From contig OY729416.1 in the NCBI GenBank assembly GCA_963422265.1, positions 864,001 to 928,000 of the forward strand: 64,000 nucleotides of DNA, given 5' to 3'. The position numbers and the translations under genes are program-made. This DNA comes from Thermodesulfobacteriota bacterium. Lineage in GTDB: Bacteria > Desulfobacterota_D > UBA1144 > Nemesobacterales > UBA2774. Below, piece by piece: positions 50,944-61,570 of the stretch. The notes beneath the pieces are model-generated. The model was given only the letters and a program-made list of their open reading frames with translations. It did not search any database and was not told the origin of the DNA. Position 1 is the stretch's first letter; each line of letters starts with the position of its first letter.

Positions 50944-53900
50944 CTAATACATATCAACTTCACTCTCTTCTAGAAGCTCTACATCCAAAGCAAGTGCCTG
51001 TAGTTCCTTTTGCAAAACTCTGAATGATTCTGGAATACCAGGCTCAAAATTCATGTCACCTTTTACTATTGAATCAAATATTCTAGTCCTACCAATGACA
51101 TCATCCGATTTAACAGTAAGAAATTCCTGTAGGGTGTATGAAGCACCGTAAGCCTCAAGCGCCCATACCTCCATCTCACCCAGTCTCTGACCGCCGAAAT
51201 GAGCTTTGCCACCCAAGGGTTGTTGAGTAACAAGGGAATAAGGACCAATAGCTCTTGCGTGTATCTTTTCCTCAACCAGATGATGAAGCTTTAGCATATA
51301 CATAACGCCTACTGTAACTTTCTGATCAAACGGCTCGCCCGTCCGACCATCAAAAAGAATTGTCTTTCCATCCTCAGGCAGTTCAGCCTTGTTTAGCATC
51401 TCCTTTATATGCTGTTCTGTCGCACCATCAAACACCGCAGACTTAACTGGAATACCCCTGGCAAGCCTCCTAGCAACGTCAATAACCTCCTCATCATTCA
51501 ACTTGTCTATTAAGCCTCTTGCTGGTCCTTCGCCATATATGGAATTCAATTTTTCTCTTATTGCTTCGGGACCGAATTCTCTTTCAATAACCTCGTTTAT
51601 CTGGTTGCCCAACTCGTGCGCCGCCCATCCGAGATGGGTTTCCAACACTTGGCCAACGTTCATCCTAGATGGAACACCGAGGGGATTAAGTATCATATCG
51701 ACTGGCCTACCATTAGGAAGATAAGGCATATCCTCCTCAGAAAGAATTTTTGACACGACGCCCTTATTTCCGTGCCTCCCCGCCATTTTATCACCTACTT
51801 GCAGCTTTCTTTTAACGGCTATATTGACCTTCACAACTTTAAGAACCCCAGGAGGAAGCTCATCTGGTTTGATGAGCTTTTCCTTTCTACTATCGTAAAT
51901 AACGTTTGTTAAATCGATTTGCTCTAAAGTCCTTTCGGAAATCTTTTTTACCTCAGCCTCTACATGATCTCCTTTTTCTACCACGATATCCTCAAGCTTT
52001 TCAAAAGGCACGGACCGAAGAACCTTGAGCGCTTCTTCATCTATCTTGTCCCCCTTTTTGAGAACCGTTTTCCTAGATACAGTCAATTTTGCAGAAGCCG
52101 TTCTGTTAATTAACAGTGCCTTTATGCGCCCAAAAGCATCATCCCTCAATGTGTTAATTTCATCATTTTTATCCTGCTCCAATTGAGCTACTTCATTATT
52201 CTCAATGTCTTTAGCCCTTTCATCCTTATCAACCATTCTGGAAACTAGCATTTTTACGTCAATAACAGTGCCGTAAAGACCCGGAGTTGCTTTCAAAGAT
52301 GTATCCTTTACGTCTCCAGCCTTATCACCGAATATAGCCCTCAAGAGCCTCTCTTCAGGGGACAACTGGGTTTCGCCCTTAGGAGATATCTTGCCTACTA
52401 TTATATCTCCCGGCTTTACTTCGGCTCCTATTCTTATAATACCGCTATCATCTAAATTCCTGAGCGAATCTTCACTCACGTTCGGTATATCTTTGGTAAT
52501 CTCTTCTCGCCCGAGTTTTGTCTCACGAGCTATACACTCAACCTCTTCTACATGAATGGAGGTGAAGCTATCCTGCTTAGTAAGTCCTTCGCTTATAAGG
52601 ATCGCGTCTTCAAAGTTATAGCCTCCCCACGGCATAAATGCCACTAGTGCATTCTGTCCCAGGGCAAGCTCCCCATAATCAGTAGATGGTCCATCCGCTA
52701 TTACTTGACCAGTGCTAACGGGCTGCCCTCTTGAGACAATCGGTTTTTGGTTCCAGCATGTACTCTGATTAGATTTTTGAAACTTTATCAGATTATAAAT
52801 ATCAACCCCAGCGTCACCATCTGATACGCCGGCAGATGAACTGACAACTATTCTTGAGGAATCAACGTATTCCACCACTCCTCCCCTTTTCGCTATTACA
52901 GTTACTCCTGAATCCCTGGCCACCGTGCTTTCAAGGCCAGTTCCAACCAAAGGCGCGTGCGTGCTAACAAGGGGAACTGCCTGGCGCTGCATATTTGACC
53001 CCATAAGGGCGCGATTCGCATCATCGTGCTCTAGGAACGGTATTAACGACGCCGAGACGGAGACGAGTTGAGCAGGAGATATGTCCATAAGCTCTACCTT
53101 TTCACGATCAACCATAACAAATTCACCTGCGCTCCTGGCAGAGACAAATTCAGCAATAAAGCGACCGCGTTTATCAACAAGTGCATTTGCCTGTGCTATT
53201 ATATATTTCTCCTCTTCAAGCGCGCTCATATAGGTAATCTCGTCAGTCACTCTGGCATTCTTAACAACCCTGTAGGGAGTTTGGATAAAGCCATGTTCAC
53301 TAATTCTTCCATACGTACTAAGGCTTGAAATAAGCCCGATATTCGGACCCTCGGGCGTCTCGATCGGACATATTCTTCCATAGTGCGAAGAGTGCACGTC
53401 ACGAACTTCAAAACCTGCCCTCTCTCTTGTCAACCCCCCTGGACCCAAAGCGCTCAGCCTCCTTTTATGCGTTATCTCGGACAACGGGTTGGTTTGATCC
53501 ATAAATTGGGATAGCTGCCCGGTGGCAAAAAATTCCTTTACGGCAGCAATGACCGTCTTTGGAGCTAAAAGCTCGGTTGGCATAAGCGTCTCTACTTCCT
53601 GATATCCCATCTTCTCCTTTACAGAACGCGCTAACCTTTCAAGGCCGTGGTAAAATCGATCCTCTATTAGTTCCCCAACGGTTCGCACTCTTCTGTTGCC
53701 AAGATGGTCTATATCATCCGAAGTCCCCCTGCCCCCCCTAAGAGCAAGAAGATATTCAACTGTATTAACGATATCTTCCTTTGTGAGCGTTAATATCTCT
53801 TCAGAGACCCCATGATTTAGTTTATAATTCATTTTGAGCCTCCCCACAGGAGAAAGCCTATAGGTATCACGATTGAAGAACATATTCTTAAAAAACTCTT

Positions 53901-55068
53901 CTGCAATTCTTAACGTAGGCGGGTCCGTAGGGCGGAATTTTCTGTAAATCTCAGTTATGGCCTCCTCGCGGGTCTGCACCTTATCCGCAAGAACAGTATT
54001 CCGAAGAGAGGCAACTACAGATATATTGTCTATATAAAATAACCTCAAGTCAGTTATCCCACTTTCCTTAATCCGTTCGAGGTTTTCTTCGGTTATGATC
54101 TCGTTAAAACTGATAACAACCTCTCCGGTATTAGAATCTATAACGTCTTCGGCCGCGACCTTATCTATCAACTCGCTTGGATCAATCGCTATCCTACCTA
54201 CTTTAGCATCTCTCAATCTCTGGATTACTCTAGTAACAAATCTCCTTCCCTTTTTAACCAGGACGTTACCCGTTTTTGGATCAAGTATGTCGGCACTCGC
54301 CCTCTGGTAGGTTAGCACTTCCTGATTTATATCCTTGCTTACGCCAGATGAATCTAAATGAACGTTTTCTGCCAAATAAAAGCGCTCCATAATCTCTCTG
54401 TCGCTGTAACCAAGGGCTTTTAATAGCACGGTTGCCAGAAATTTTTTCTTTCTGTCTATTCTTACGTGTAGAAGATTCTTTGAATCAAATTCAAAATCTA
54501 TCCACCTGCCATCATGGGGAACGATCCTCGCAGAAAAAGAAGACCTGCCGGTGCTCGCATCCTTGCTTTTGATCTGATCAAAGAAAACTCCGGGAGAGCG
54601 ATGTAGTTGATTGACGATTACCCTCTCAGTCCCATTCACGATGAACGACCCGTTTGGAGTCATCAGAAGAATTTCACCAAAGTAAACTTCCTGTTCCTTT
54701 ACATCCCTTATAGTGCGATCTTCACCAGATTCGGTGTTTTCCCATATTACTAATCTGAAAGTTACGTAAAGGGGTGCTACATAGGTGTAGCCTTTTAATC
54801 TACACTCGACAGCCTCATACTTTGGCGTGCCCAATCTATAACTTATGTACTCTAGTGAGGCTTTCCCATTATTGTCTTTAATAGGAAACACCATATTAAA
54901 GGCATTGTGAAGACCAAAGTCAGCCCTATTCTCAGGATTTACATCTCTTTGGAGAAATTCATCATATGATTTTAGTTGTACGTCGAGCAGATGTGGTATT
55001 TCAAGAACCGAGGGTATTTTAGAAAAACTTTTCCTCAACTTATAAAATTCTAAACCTTCAAGGCTCAA
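50944..55068 (-). CDS. rpoB: RNA polymerase beta subunit
   Basis: [33 protein letters not shown]. Confidence 0.99.
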   Translation of the reverse strand: MSLEGLEFYKLRKSFSKIPSVLEIPHLLDVQLKSYDEFLQRDVNPENRADFGLHNAFNMVFPIKDNNGKASLEYISYRLGTPKYEAVECRLKGYTYVAPLYVTFRLVIWENTESGEDRTIRDVKEQEVYFGEILLMTPNGSFIVNGTERVIVNQLHRSPGVFFDQIKSKDASTGRSSFSARIVPHDGRWIDFEFDSKNLLHVRIDRKKKFLATVLLKALGYSDREIMERFYLAENVHLDSSGVSKDINQEVLTYQRASADILDPKTGNVLVKKGRRFVTRVIQRLRDAKVGRIAIDPSELIDKVAAEDVIDSNTGEVVISFNEIITEENLERIKESGITDLRLFYIDNISVVASLRNTVLADKVQTREEAITEIYRKFRPTDPPTLRIAEEFFKNMFFNRDTYRLSPVGRLKMNYKLNHGVSEEILTLTKEDIVNTVEYLLALRGGRGTSDDIDHLGNRRVRTVGELIEDRFYHGLERLARSVKEKMGYQEVETLMPTELLAPKTVIAAVKEFFATGQLSQFMDQTNPLSEITHKRRLSALGPGGLTRERAGFEVRDVHSSHYGRICPIETPEGPNIGLISSLSTYGRISEHGFIQTPYRVVKNARVTDEITYMSALEEEKYIIAQANALVDKRGRFIAEFVSARSAGEFVMVDREKVELMDISPAQLVSVSASLIPFLEHDDANRALMGSNMQRQAVPLVSTHAPLVGTGLESTVARDSGVTVIAKRGGVVEYVDSSRIVVSSSAGVSDGDAGVDIYNLIKFQKSNQSTCWNQKPIVSRGQPVSTGQVIADGPSTDYGELALGQNALVAFMPWGGYNFEDAILISEGLTKQDSFTSIHVEEVECIARETKLGREEITKDIPNVSEDSLRNLDDSGIIRIGAEVKPGDIIVGKISPKGETQLSPEERLLRAIFGDKAGDVKDTSLKATPGLYGTVIDVKMLVSRMVDKDERAKDIENNEVAQLEQDKNDEINTLRDDAFGRIKALLINRTASAKLTVSRKTVLKKGDKIDEEALKVLRSVPFEKLEDIVVEKGDHVEAEVKKISERTLEQIDLTNVIYDSRKEKLIKPDELPPGVLKVVKVNIAVKRKLQVGDKMAGRHGNKGVVSKILSEEDMPYLPNGRPVDMILNPLGVPSRMNVGQVLETHLGWAAHELGNQINEVIEREFGPEAIREKLNSIYGEGPARGLIDKLNDEEVIDVARRLARGIPVKSAVFDGATEQHIKEMLNKAELPEDGKTILFDGRTGEPFDQKVTVGVMYMLKLHHLVEEKIHARAIGPYSLVTQQPLGGKAHFGGQRLGEMEVWALEAYGASYTLQEFLTVKSDDVIGRTRIFDSIVKGDMNFEPGIPESFRVLQKELQALALDVELLEESEVDMY

Positions 55069-55283
55069 ATTAGGTTACCCCCCCAATGTGCGATATTGTC
55101 TATCATTCAAGCAGCTTCACGTCCGAACCCTCTTCCTTCAAAATAGAAGGACATACAACACCCAACTGAGTTTTTTGCTTAACTCACATCCAGATAAGGA
55201 CTCAAGAGTCGGAAAGTCGCGTAGCTGCGCGATCTTTTCAGAAGCATCAATAATTAATATCTGAATACAAAATTGAGACAGGC

Positions 55284-55679
55284 TTAATTAACTTCTACCT
55301 CAGCACCTGACTGTTCCACTTTCTTCTTAATTTCTTCAGCTTCTTTCTTGTCAATACCTTCTTTAATCGCTTTTGGGGCGCTCTCTACAAGCTCTTTGGC
55401 TTCTCTAAGACCGAGAGAAGTAACCTCTCTCACAGCTTTAATAACTTGAATCTTATTATCACCTATAGCTTTTAGAACTACATCAAATTCAGTTTTTTCT
55501 TCGGACTCACCGGAAGCATCGCCTACATCGCTAGCTCCAGGAACGGCAGATATTGCAACCTGCGGAGCTGCAGCTTTAACGTCAAATTTTTCCTCAATCT
55601 CTTTGATCAACTCTGATATCTCAAGCATATTCGCTTTCTCAAGATACGTGAGCACGTCCTCCCTAGTTGTTTCAGCCAT
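55284..55679 (-). CDS. rplL: 50S ribosomal protein L7/L12
   Basis: [28 protein letters not shown]. Confidence 0.97.
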   Translation of the reverse strand: MAETTREDVLTYLEKANMLEISELIKEIEEKFDVKAAAPQVAISAVPGASDVGDASGESEEKTEFDVVLKAIGDNKIQVIKAVREVTSLGLREAKELVESAPKAIKEGIDKKEAEEIKKKVEQSGAEVEVN

Positions 55680-55854
55680 TATAAACCTCCTTTGATATGC
55701 GTTTTCAAATATATTTTACAACCCCTTATGTAGCTACTTTTATTGTTTTGCTCCTCTTTGTCTCCCACATTTTACTCAAATCTTGCGATTCTGATACTCC
55801 TTGGTTTTTCTTCCACTTCTTGCTCCTACACAACATCTAGCAATTCCCTTTTGT

Positions 55855-56379
55855 TCATTTCCCCTCTTTGGACTCTTTAAGCGCACTCAAAGCATATAAT
55901 AGCTTGCTCTGAATCTGGAGGAGCTTACCACTGAGAGTAAACATCGGACTTGATATAGCACCCACCAACTGGGCAATCATCTCATGTCTCGAAGGCAGCT
56001 TGGAAAGCTCTGAAATCCGATTAGAATCAACAATTTTACCGCTAATGATGCCTCCTTTGATTTCTAGGTGAGACAACCCCTTTGCGGTATTAACAAAAAC
56101 CTTAGCAACGGGCGAAGGATCATTTTTACAAATCGCGACCGCTGTCGGACCTACGAACAAGGTGCTTATCTTTTCAATTTCCGTGTTTTCAGCAGCGAGT
56201 CTAAGTAAAGTGTTTTTAACGACCTTCAGCTCCGCGTCAGCCGCTCGCAAGTCTCGCCTGAGCTTCTCCATCTCCCTTACGGTAAGCCCCTGATAACCAA
56301 CAACCATAATGGAAGAACTAACTTTAAAAGCTTGACCAAACTTTTCAACTACATCCTGCTTAGCTGCTCTATTTAACAT
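55855..56379 (-). CDS. rplJ: 50S ribosomal protein L10
   Basis: KVVKNTLL, GPTA, LSKLPSR, position in operon. Confidence 0.95.
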   Translation of the reverse strand: MLNRAAKQDVVEKFGQAFKVSSSIMVVGYQGLTVREMEKLRRDLRAADAELKVVKNTLLRLAAENTEIEKISTLFVGPTAVAICKNDPSPVAKVFVNTAKGLSHLEIKGGIISGKIVDSNRISELSKLPSRHEMIAQLVGAISSPMFTLSGKLLQIQSKLLYALSALKESKEGK

Positions 56380-56437
56380 TCAGGGCTCCTTAAGCTTAGT
56401 AAATTGCCGCTTCTAACACACTTCTATATCAAGTATA

Positions 56438-57163
56438 TCAAGCAGCGATCCGAAAATTCTTAAGCTCTTCGCGAATACTAACGGTATCGACCCTTATCCC
56501 AGGACCCATCGTATTGGCTATCGTAATTCTTCTTATAAATGCCCCTTTTGAAGACGCGGGCTTCATCTTAATCAGTAAGTCCATGAAGACAAGGAGGTTG
56601 TCCCTTAGCTTGTCAAAGCCAAAAGAAACCTTGCCTATTGGTGCGTGTACTACGCCTCCTTTGTCATTCCTGACCTCTATTCTTCCTGCCTTGGCTTCCT
56701 TTACGGCTTGCGACACTTCTGATGTAACAGTGCCAACTTTGGGGCTAGGCATAAGACCTCTTGGACCAAGAACTCTGCCTAACCTCGCAACTTTACTCAT
56801 AACGTCGGGCGTTGCAATAGCAACGTCAAACTCAAGCCAATTGTCGTTCATAATTTTCTCTATCAAATCCTGCAAACCTAAGTAATCTGCCCCTGCATTC
56901 TTGGCTTCAGTTAACTTATCGTCCTTAACAAAAGCCAAAACCCTAACGTCTTTTCCTATACCATGAGGTAGAATCATGCCCGCCCTAATCTGCTGATTAG
57001 CCTGTCTCGGATCAATTCCAAGCTTGACGGAGACTTCAACCGTCTCATCAAACTTGGCACTTTTAGTCCTTTCAATGAGCTTAATAGCGTCATTTAACGT
57101 GTAACTAGTTTTTGCATCTACTATTTCTACAACTTGCTCGTATCTTTTTCCTCTCTTAGACAT
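56438..57163 (-). CDS. rplA: 50S ribosomal protein L1
   Basis: KFDETVE, LGRVLGPRGLMP.PK.GTV, TMGPG. Confidence 0.97.
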   Translation of the reverse strand: MSKRGKRYEQVVEIVDAKTSYTLNDAIKLIERTKSAKFDETVEVSVKLGIDPRQANQQIRAGMILPHGIGKDVRVLAFVKDDKLTEAKNAGADYLGLQDLIEKIMNDNWLEFDVAIATPDVMSKVARLGRVLGPRGLMPSPKVGTVTSEVSQAVKEAKAGRIEVRNDKGGVVHAPIGKVSFGFDKLRDNLLVFMDLLIKMKPASSKGAFIRRITIANTMGPGIRVDTVSIREELKNFRIAA

Positions 57164-57198
57164 TAACCTAGTCTCCTAAATACAATAAGCTCTACACG

Positions 57199-57615
57199 TC
57201 ACTCGACGTCAATTCCCATACTTCTAGCTGTGCCAGAAACAATGTTCAAGGCTGCCTGCATATCATCAGTATTCAAATCAGGGAGTTTGGTCTTAGCTAT
57301 TTCCTCAACCTGAGCCCTTGACACCTTACCAGCCTTTACCTTTGGAACTTCCCCGGAACCTTTATCAACCTTCGCAGCCTTTTTCAGCAAATAAGAAACC
57401 GGAGGGGTCTTAACAACAAAAGAAAACGACCTGTCGGCATAAACCGTCACCGTCACTGGCAGCAACCCTTCCATCTTAGAAGTCTGGCCGTTAAACGCCT
57501 TACAGAACTCCATTATGTTCACGCCACGCTGTCCCAAAGCGGGACCTACCGGGGGAGAAGGAGTAGCCTTGCCAGCTTCTACCAAGAGTTTTATATAACC
57601 GTTTATTTTTTTCAC
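57199..57615 (-). CDS. rplK: 50S ribosomal protein L11
   Basis: [25 protein letters not shown]. Confidence 0.97.
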   Translation of the reverse strand: MKKINGYIKLLVEAGKATPSPPVGPALGQRGVNIMEFCKAFNGQTSKMEGLLPVTVTVYADRSFSFVVKTPPVSYLLKKAAKVDKGSGEVPKVKAGKVSRAQVEEIAKTKLPDLNTDDMQAALNIVSGTARSMGIDVE

Positions 57616-57616
57616 T

Positions 57617-58174
57617 TTAAATCTTCTCCACTAGATTAAAATCCAACTCTATAGGGGTTGCCCTACCAAAAATCGTAACAAGAACCTGAACCGTCGCTTT
57701 ATCCGGCCTCACTTCTTCAATAACACCAGAAAAATTTGCAAAAGGACCCTCAGTAACCTTCACAGTTTCACCTTTTTCGAATATAATCTTCGGCTTTGGC
57801 TTTAACGTGCCTTCTTCTATCTGCCTCTTTATCTTTTCAACTTCATCCTCTCTGATGTCAGGAACCGAATCGGGATCAATCTTACCATCCTTAAGTTTAC
57901 CACCTACAAAACCTATGACTTTAGGAATATCTCTAATAAAATGCCAACTCTCATCGTTGAGATCCATTCTAATCAGCACGTAACCAGGAAAAAACTTTCT
58001 AACCGATGTCTTCTTTTTCCCACCCTTTATCGGCTCTACTATAGTCTCGGTAGGAACGAGCACCTCATGGACCTGATTCCTAAAGTCCCCAGATCTCATT
58101 CCTTCCTCAATATAGCTCTTGACCCTATTCTCAAATCCTGTGTTAGTATGTACTACGTACCACCTGTCAGCCAT
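57617..58174 (-). CDS. nusG: Transcription factor NusG
   Basis: WYVVHT, FFPGYVL, KOW motif [15 protein letters not shown]. Confidence 0.97.
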   Translation of the reverse strand: MADRWYVVHTNTGFENRVKSYIEEGMRSGDFRNQVHEVLVPTETIVEPIKGGKKKTSVRKFFPGYVLIRMDLNDESWHFIRDIPKVIGFVGGKLKDGKIDPDSVPDIREDEVEKIKRQIEEGTLKPKPKIIFEKGETVKVTEGPFANFSGVIEEVRPDKATVQVLVTIFGRATPIELDFNLVEKI

Positions 58175-58199
58175 AGTTTGATTTCTCTTCGGATCTAAT

Positions 58200-58403
58200 T
58201 TAGCCCAATATAAATCTAATCACATAAGAAAACGCGTAATCAACCACGCCCAAAAAAGACGCAAGAATTGCCGAAATAATTACAACGGCTAAAGTCGATT
58301 TCAACGCTTCTTGCCTAGATGGCCACGTTATGCGTCGCGCCTCAGTCTCAATCTCTTTTGCAAATTTAGTAGTCTCAGAACCTATATTTTTTAATCGACT
58401 CAT
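58200..58403 (-). CDS. secE: Preprotein translocase SecE
   Basis: E.RRITWPSR plus TM helix, between tRNA-Trp and nusG. Confidence 0.93.
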   Translation of the reverse strand: MSRLKNIGSETTKFAKEIETEARRITWPSRQEALKSTLAVVIISAILASFLGVVDYAFSYVIRFILG

Positions 58404-58421
58404 TTACCATTCCTAGTAGTT

Positions 58422-58495
58422 CAGGGCAGGAGGGAATCGAACCCCCAACCGCTGGTTTTGGAGACCAGTGCTCTGCCAAATTGAGCTACTGCCCT
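58422..58495 (-). tRNA. tRNA-Trp(CCA)
   Basis: AGGGCAG acceptor stem, anticodon arm CTGGT-CTCCAAA-ACCAG. Confidence 0.95.
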
Positions 58496-58511
58496 TCTTT
58501 GACACAAACCT

Positions 58512-58670
58512 TTATTTAGTTTCTTTGTGCAAAACATGGCGCTTGCACCACTTGCAATACTTTTTCAACTCAATCTTTTCGCGATGAGTTTGCTTGTTCT
58601 TTACCGTCGAGTAATTCCTTCTTTTACACTCTTCGCAGGCTAACGCAATCACCACCGTATTATCACCCAT
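58512..58670 (-). CDS. rpmG: 50S ribosomal protein L33 (Zn-ribbon type), not in the ORF track
   Basis: Manual translation [52 protein letters not shown] (52 aa). Confidence 0.95.
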   Translation of the reverse strand: MGDNTVVIALACEECKRRNYSTVKNKQTHREKIELKKYCKWCKRHVLHKETK

Positions 58671-58682
58671 TTCTTCCCACTC

Positions 58683-59867
58683 CTATTCTACGATACTAGT
58701 AACGACTCCTGCACCTACAGTCCTTCCACCTTCCCTGATCGCAAAACGCAACTGCTCCTCCATCGCTACAGCAGATATTAACTCCACGTCCATGTTCACG
58801 TTATCACCAGGCATCACCATCTCTACACCCGCAGGTAACACTATAGAACCCGTTACATCCGTTGTCCGTAAATAAAACTGAGGCCTATACCCAGGAAAAA
58901 ATGGCGTGTGTCGTCCACCCTCCTCCTTCCGCAATACATATACCTCCGCCTTAAACTTCCGATGTGGACTTATACTACCAGGCCTCGCCAATACCTGCCC
59001 TCGCTCTACCTCATCCTTATCCACCCCGCGTAACAATACCCCTACGTTATCTCCAGCTATCGCCTCGTCCAGTATCTTACGAAACATCTCTAAACTAGTC
59101 GCTACCGTCTTGCGCGTCTCCCTAAATCCCACTACCTCCACCTCAGCTCCACCCACTACCCTACCACGTTCCACCCTACCCGTTACTACCGTCCCACGAC
59201 CAGATATCGTAAATACATCCTCTATCGCCATCAAATAAGGCTTGTCCATCTCACGCTCCGGCTCAGGTACATATCCATCTACCGCCCCCATCAACTCCAG
59301 CACCTGCCCCTCAGAACCCGCATCCCCATCCAATGCCTTTAACGCACTCACACGAACCACAGGAACCTCATCCCCAGGAAATCCATACTCACTCAATAAC
59401 TCCCGAACCTCTAACTCCACTAAATCCAATAACTCCTCATCATCCATCATGTCCACCTTGTTTAACGCTACCACTATATATGGCACCCCTACCTGCCGCG
59501 CCAATAGTATATGCTCCCGCGTCTGTGGCATCGGACCATCAGGCGCACTTACCACCAATACCGCTCCATCCATCTGCGCCGCTCCCGTTATCATGTTCTT
59601 TACATAATCCGCATGACCAGGACAATCCACATGCGCATAATGCCGCCCCTCTGTCTCATACTCCACATGTGCTATGTTTATCGTTATACCTCGCTCCTTC
59701 TCCTCAGGCGCCTTGTCTATCTCCCCAAACTCCACATACTCCGCACGCCCCGCCTTCCCCAATACCTTCGTTATCGCAGCCGTCAACGTCGTCTTCCCAT
59801 GATCCACGTGCCCTATCGTCCCTATGTTTAAATGAGGCTTCCCTCGCTCAAATCTAGCCTTACTCAT
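58683..59867 (-). CDS. tuf: Elongation factor Tu
   Basis: [28 protein letters not shown]. True start MSKARF at 59867. Confidence 0.99.
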   Translation of the reverse strand: MSKARFERGKPHLNIGTIGHVDHGKTTLTAAITKVLGKAGRAEYVEFGEIDKAPEEKERGITINIAHVEYETEGRHYAHVDCPGHADYVKNMITGAAQMDGAVLVVSAPDGPMPQTREHILLARQVGVPYIVVALNKVDMMDDEELLDLVELEVRELLSEYGFPGDEVPVVRVSALKALDGDAGSEGQVLELMGAVDGYVPEPEREMDKPYLMAIEDVFTISGRGTVVTGRVERGRVVGGAEVEVVGFRETRKTVATSLEMFRKILDEAIAGDNVGVLLRGVDKDEVERGQVLARPGSISPHRKFKAEVYVLRKEEGGRHTPFFPGYRPQFYLRTTDVTGSIVLPAGVEMVMPGDNVNMDVELISAVAMEEQLRFAIREGGRTVGAGVVTSIVE

Positions 59868-59940
59868 TATACTCCCCCCCATACATTCTTAGTTTTATAA
59901 CCTAAGCTTAAGTTTTTATAATCCAAAATACTATATGCTA

Positions 59941-60013
59941 AGCCCACGGGCGGACTCGAACCGCCGACCTCATCCTTACCAAGGATGTGCTCTGCCGACT
60001 GAGCTACGTGGGC
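59941..60013 (-). tRNA. tRNA-Thr(GGT)
   Basis: GCCCACG acceptor stem, anticodon loop TTGGTAA. Confidence 0.95.
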
Positions 60014-60026
60014 AAAGCGACAAGTA

Positions 60027-60100
60027 AGCGGGAGACGGGACTCGAACCCGCGACCCTCAGCTTGGAAGGCTGATGCTCTAGCCAACTGAGCTACTCCCGC
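60027..60100 (-). tRNA. tRNA-Gly(TCC)
   Basis: GCGGGAG acceptor stem, anticodon loop CTTCCAA. Confidence 0.95.
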
Positions 60101-60167
60101 ACCCAAAACTTTAAGGAAACTAACGAGAATATATAAAATTCCCTTCAAACCTTCACCTTGCCAAATG

Positions 60168-60250
60168 TGGGGAGGGCAGGATTCGAACCTACGTAGGCTT
60201 GCACCGGCAGATTTACAGTCTGCTGCTTTTGACCACTCAGCCACCTCCCC
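60168..60250 (-). tRNA. tRNA-Tyr(GTA)
   Basis: GGGGAGG acceptor stem, anticodon loop CTGTAAA, long variable arm. Confidence 0.95.
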
Positions 60251-60316
60251 CGGTACTTTATGGATACACGCCTAATATACACACCTGTCCAAAAGCTTAA
60301 CATGCTCCTTTGATAA

Positions 60317-60388
60317 AGCTGGCGAAGGGATTTGAACCCCCGGCCTGCTGATTACAAATCAGCTGCTCTACCACTGAGCTACGCCAGC
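60317..60388 (-). tRNA. tRNA-Thr(TGT)
   Basis: GCTGGCG acceptor stem, anticodon loop TTTGTAA. Completes the Thr-Tyr-Gly-Thr tufB-type leader. Confidence 0.95.
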
Positions 60389-60577
60389 TATCTAAACTTT
60401 ATTGCATTCATATTTATTATATTCACAATAAGAAACCACAACCCACCCTTATACACATGCTCGTAAGCAGACATCTTATAATAAATTAGATAAATTTCGC
60501 TTGCTCACATAAAAGTTTAGTATTTTAACATTATTAGACTATCACTGTCAAGACATACCATTGAATTTATATAATTC

Positions 60578-61024
60578 TCAATACAGAGAGATTGTAATCT
60601 CAGCTTCAACAGCAATAGAATCGTGAATCAGCGCCTCAGCCCTAAACCTAATGATTTTAGAGCGTCTTCTTTCAAGCCTGACATGCAGCTTGACCTCATA
60701 TTCCGGAAGAACGACCTTTCTGAATCTAACCTTTTCCAATCCAGCTAAATAAGCACCGGAAAGACCTTGCTCTTTAAGCTCGTCTGTAAATGATCTATAG
60801 ACGAGGACGCCACCTGCCTGAGCTAGCGCCTCAACAATAATAACACCAGGAACAATAGGATTACCGGGAAAGTGCCCTTTGAAAAAATCTTCCTCTGGTC
60901 CGAATCTTTTAACAGCTAATATCCTCGAACCGTGGTCTAGTTCAAGCACATAATCAATAAAGAGAAAAGGATCTCTATGTGGTATATAATTCTCTATATC
61001 TTTTCTATCAATTAAAACTTTCAT
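60578..61024 (-). CDS. fabZ: 3-hydroxyacyl-ACP dehydratase
   Basis: PHRDPFLFID, FFKGHFPGNPIVPGV.IVEALAQ. Confidence 0.93.
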   Translation of the reverse strand: MKVLIDRKDIENYIPHRDPFLFIDYVLELDHGSRILAVKRFGPEEDFFKGHFPGNPIVPGVIIVEALAQAGGVLVYRSFTDELKEQGLSGAYLAGLEKVRFRKVVLPEYEVKLHVRLERRRSKIIRFRAEALIHDSIAVEAEITISLY

Positions 61025-61044
61025 TCAATCTAATTTCTTCACTA

Positions 61045-61554
61045 CTAATTCTTTGCATCGTAAGCCTTTATAACTTGTTGAGTTACATCGACGCTCGGGT
61101 TTCCGTATACTAAGCCGCCCTCAGATTTATCAATTATCATTGTATAGCCATTTGATTTCCCTACTGACTTCAAAATACCATCCAGATCCTTTAATATCTT
61201 TTCTAGAAGCTCAAAATCTCGCCTCTGCAACTCTTCTCTAAAGTCATCCGTAGCCCTTTGAAGATCTTTATCCAGACGCTGTATCTGCCCCGCTTTTTGC
61301 TTTCTAGTATCTTCATTCATAATAGAACCATTTTGAGCAAATTCATTTTTCAGTCTATCAAGCTGGGCTCTTTTACTTTCAATAATGTCTCGTTTTTTCT
61401 TAAACTCAGCCTCGAAAGAGGCTTTCGCGGCTTTGCCAGCTTTAGAATCCCGAATAACACTTTGCAGATCTATGTAGCCAATCTTTAACTCCTGAGCATA
61501 TGCAGTGCCAGATACAAATAATAATAAGCTCAATACAAGAAAACATAACCTCAT
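61045..61554 (-). CDS. skp: OmpH/Skp outer-membrane chaperone
   Basis: Signal peptide, KIGYID...V...SKAGK, coiled coil, DVT..VI. Start moved to ATG 61554 after GGAGG. Confidence 0.9.
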   Translation of the reverse strand: MRLCFLVLSLLLFVSGTAYAQELKIGYIDLQSVIRDSKAGKAAKASFEAEFKKKRDIIESKRAQLDRLKNEFAQNGSIMNEDTRKQKAGQIQRLDKDLQRATDDFREELQRRDFELLEKILKDLDGILKSVGKSNGYTMIIDKSEGGLVYGNPSVDVTQQVIKAYDAKN

Positions 61555-61570
61555 CTTGTCCCTCCATAAA

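Noticed and set aside
59867-60244. 125-aa minus-strand ORF
   Set aside because: It is a translation of the tRNA-Tyr, -Gly and -Thr genes.
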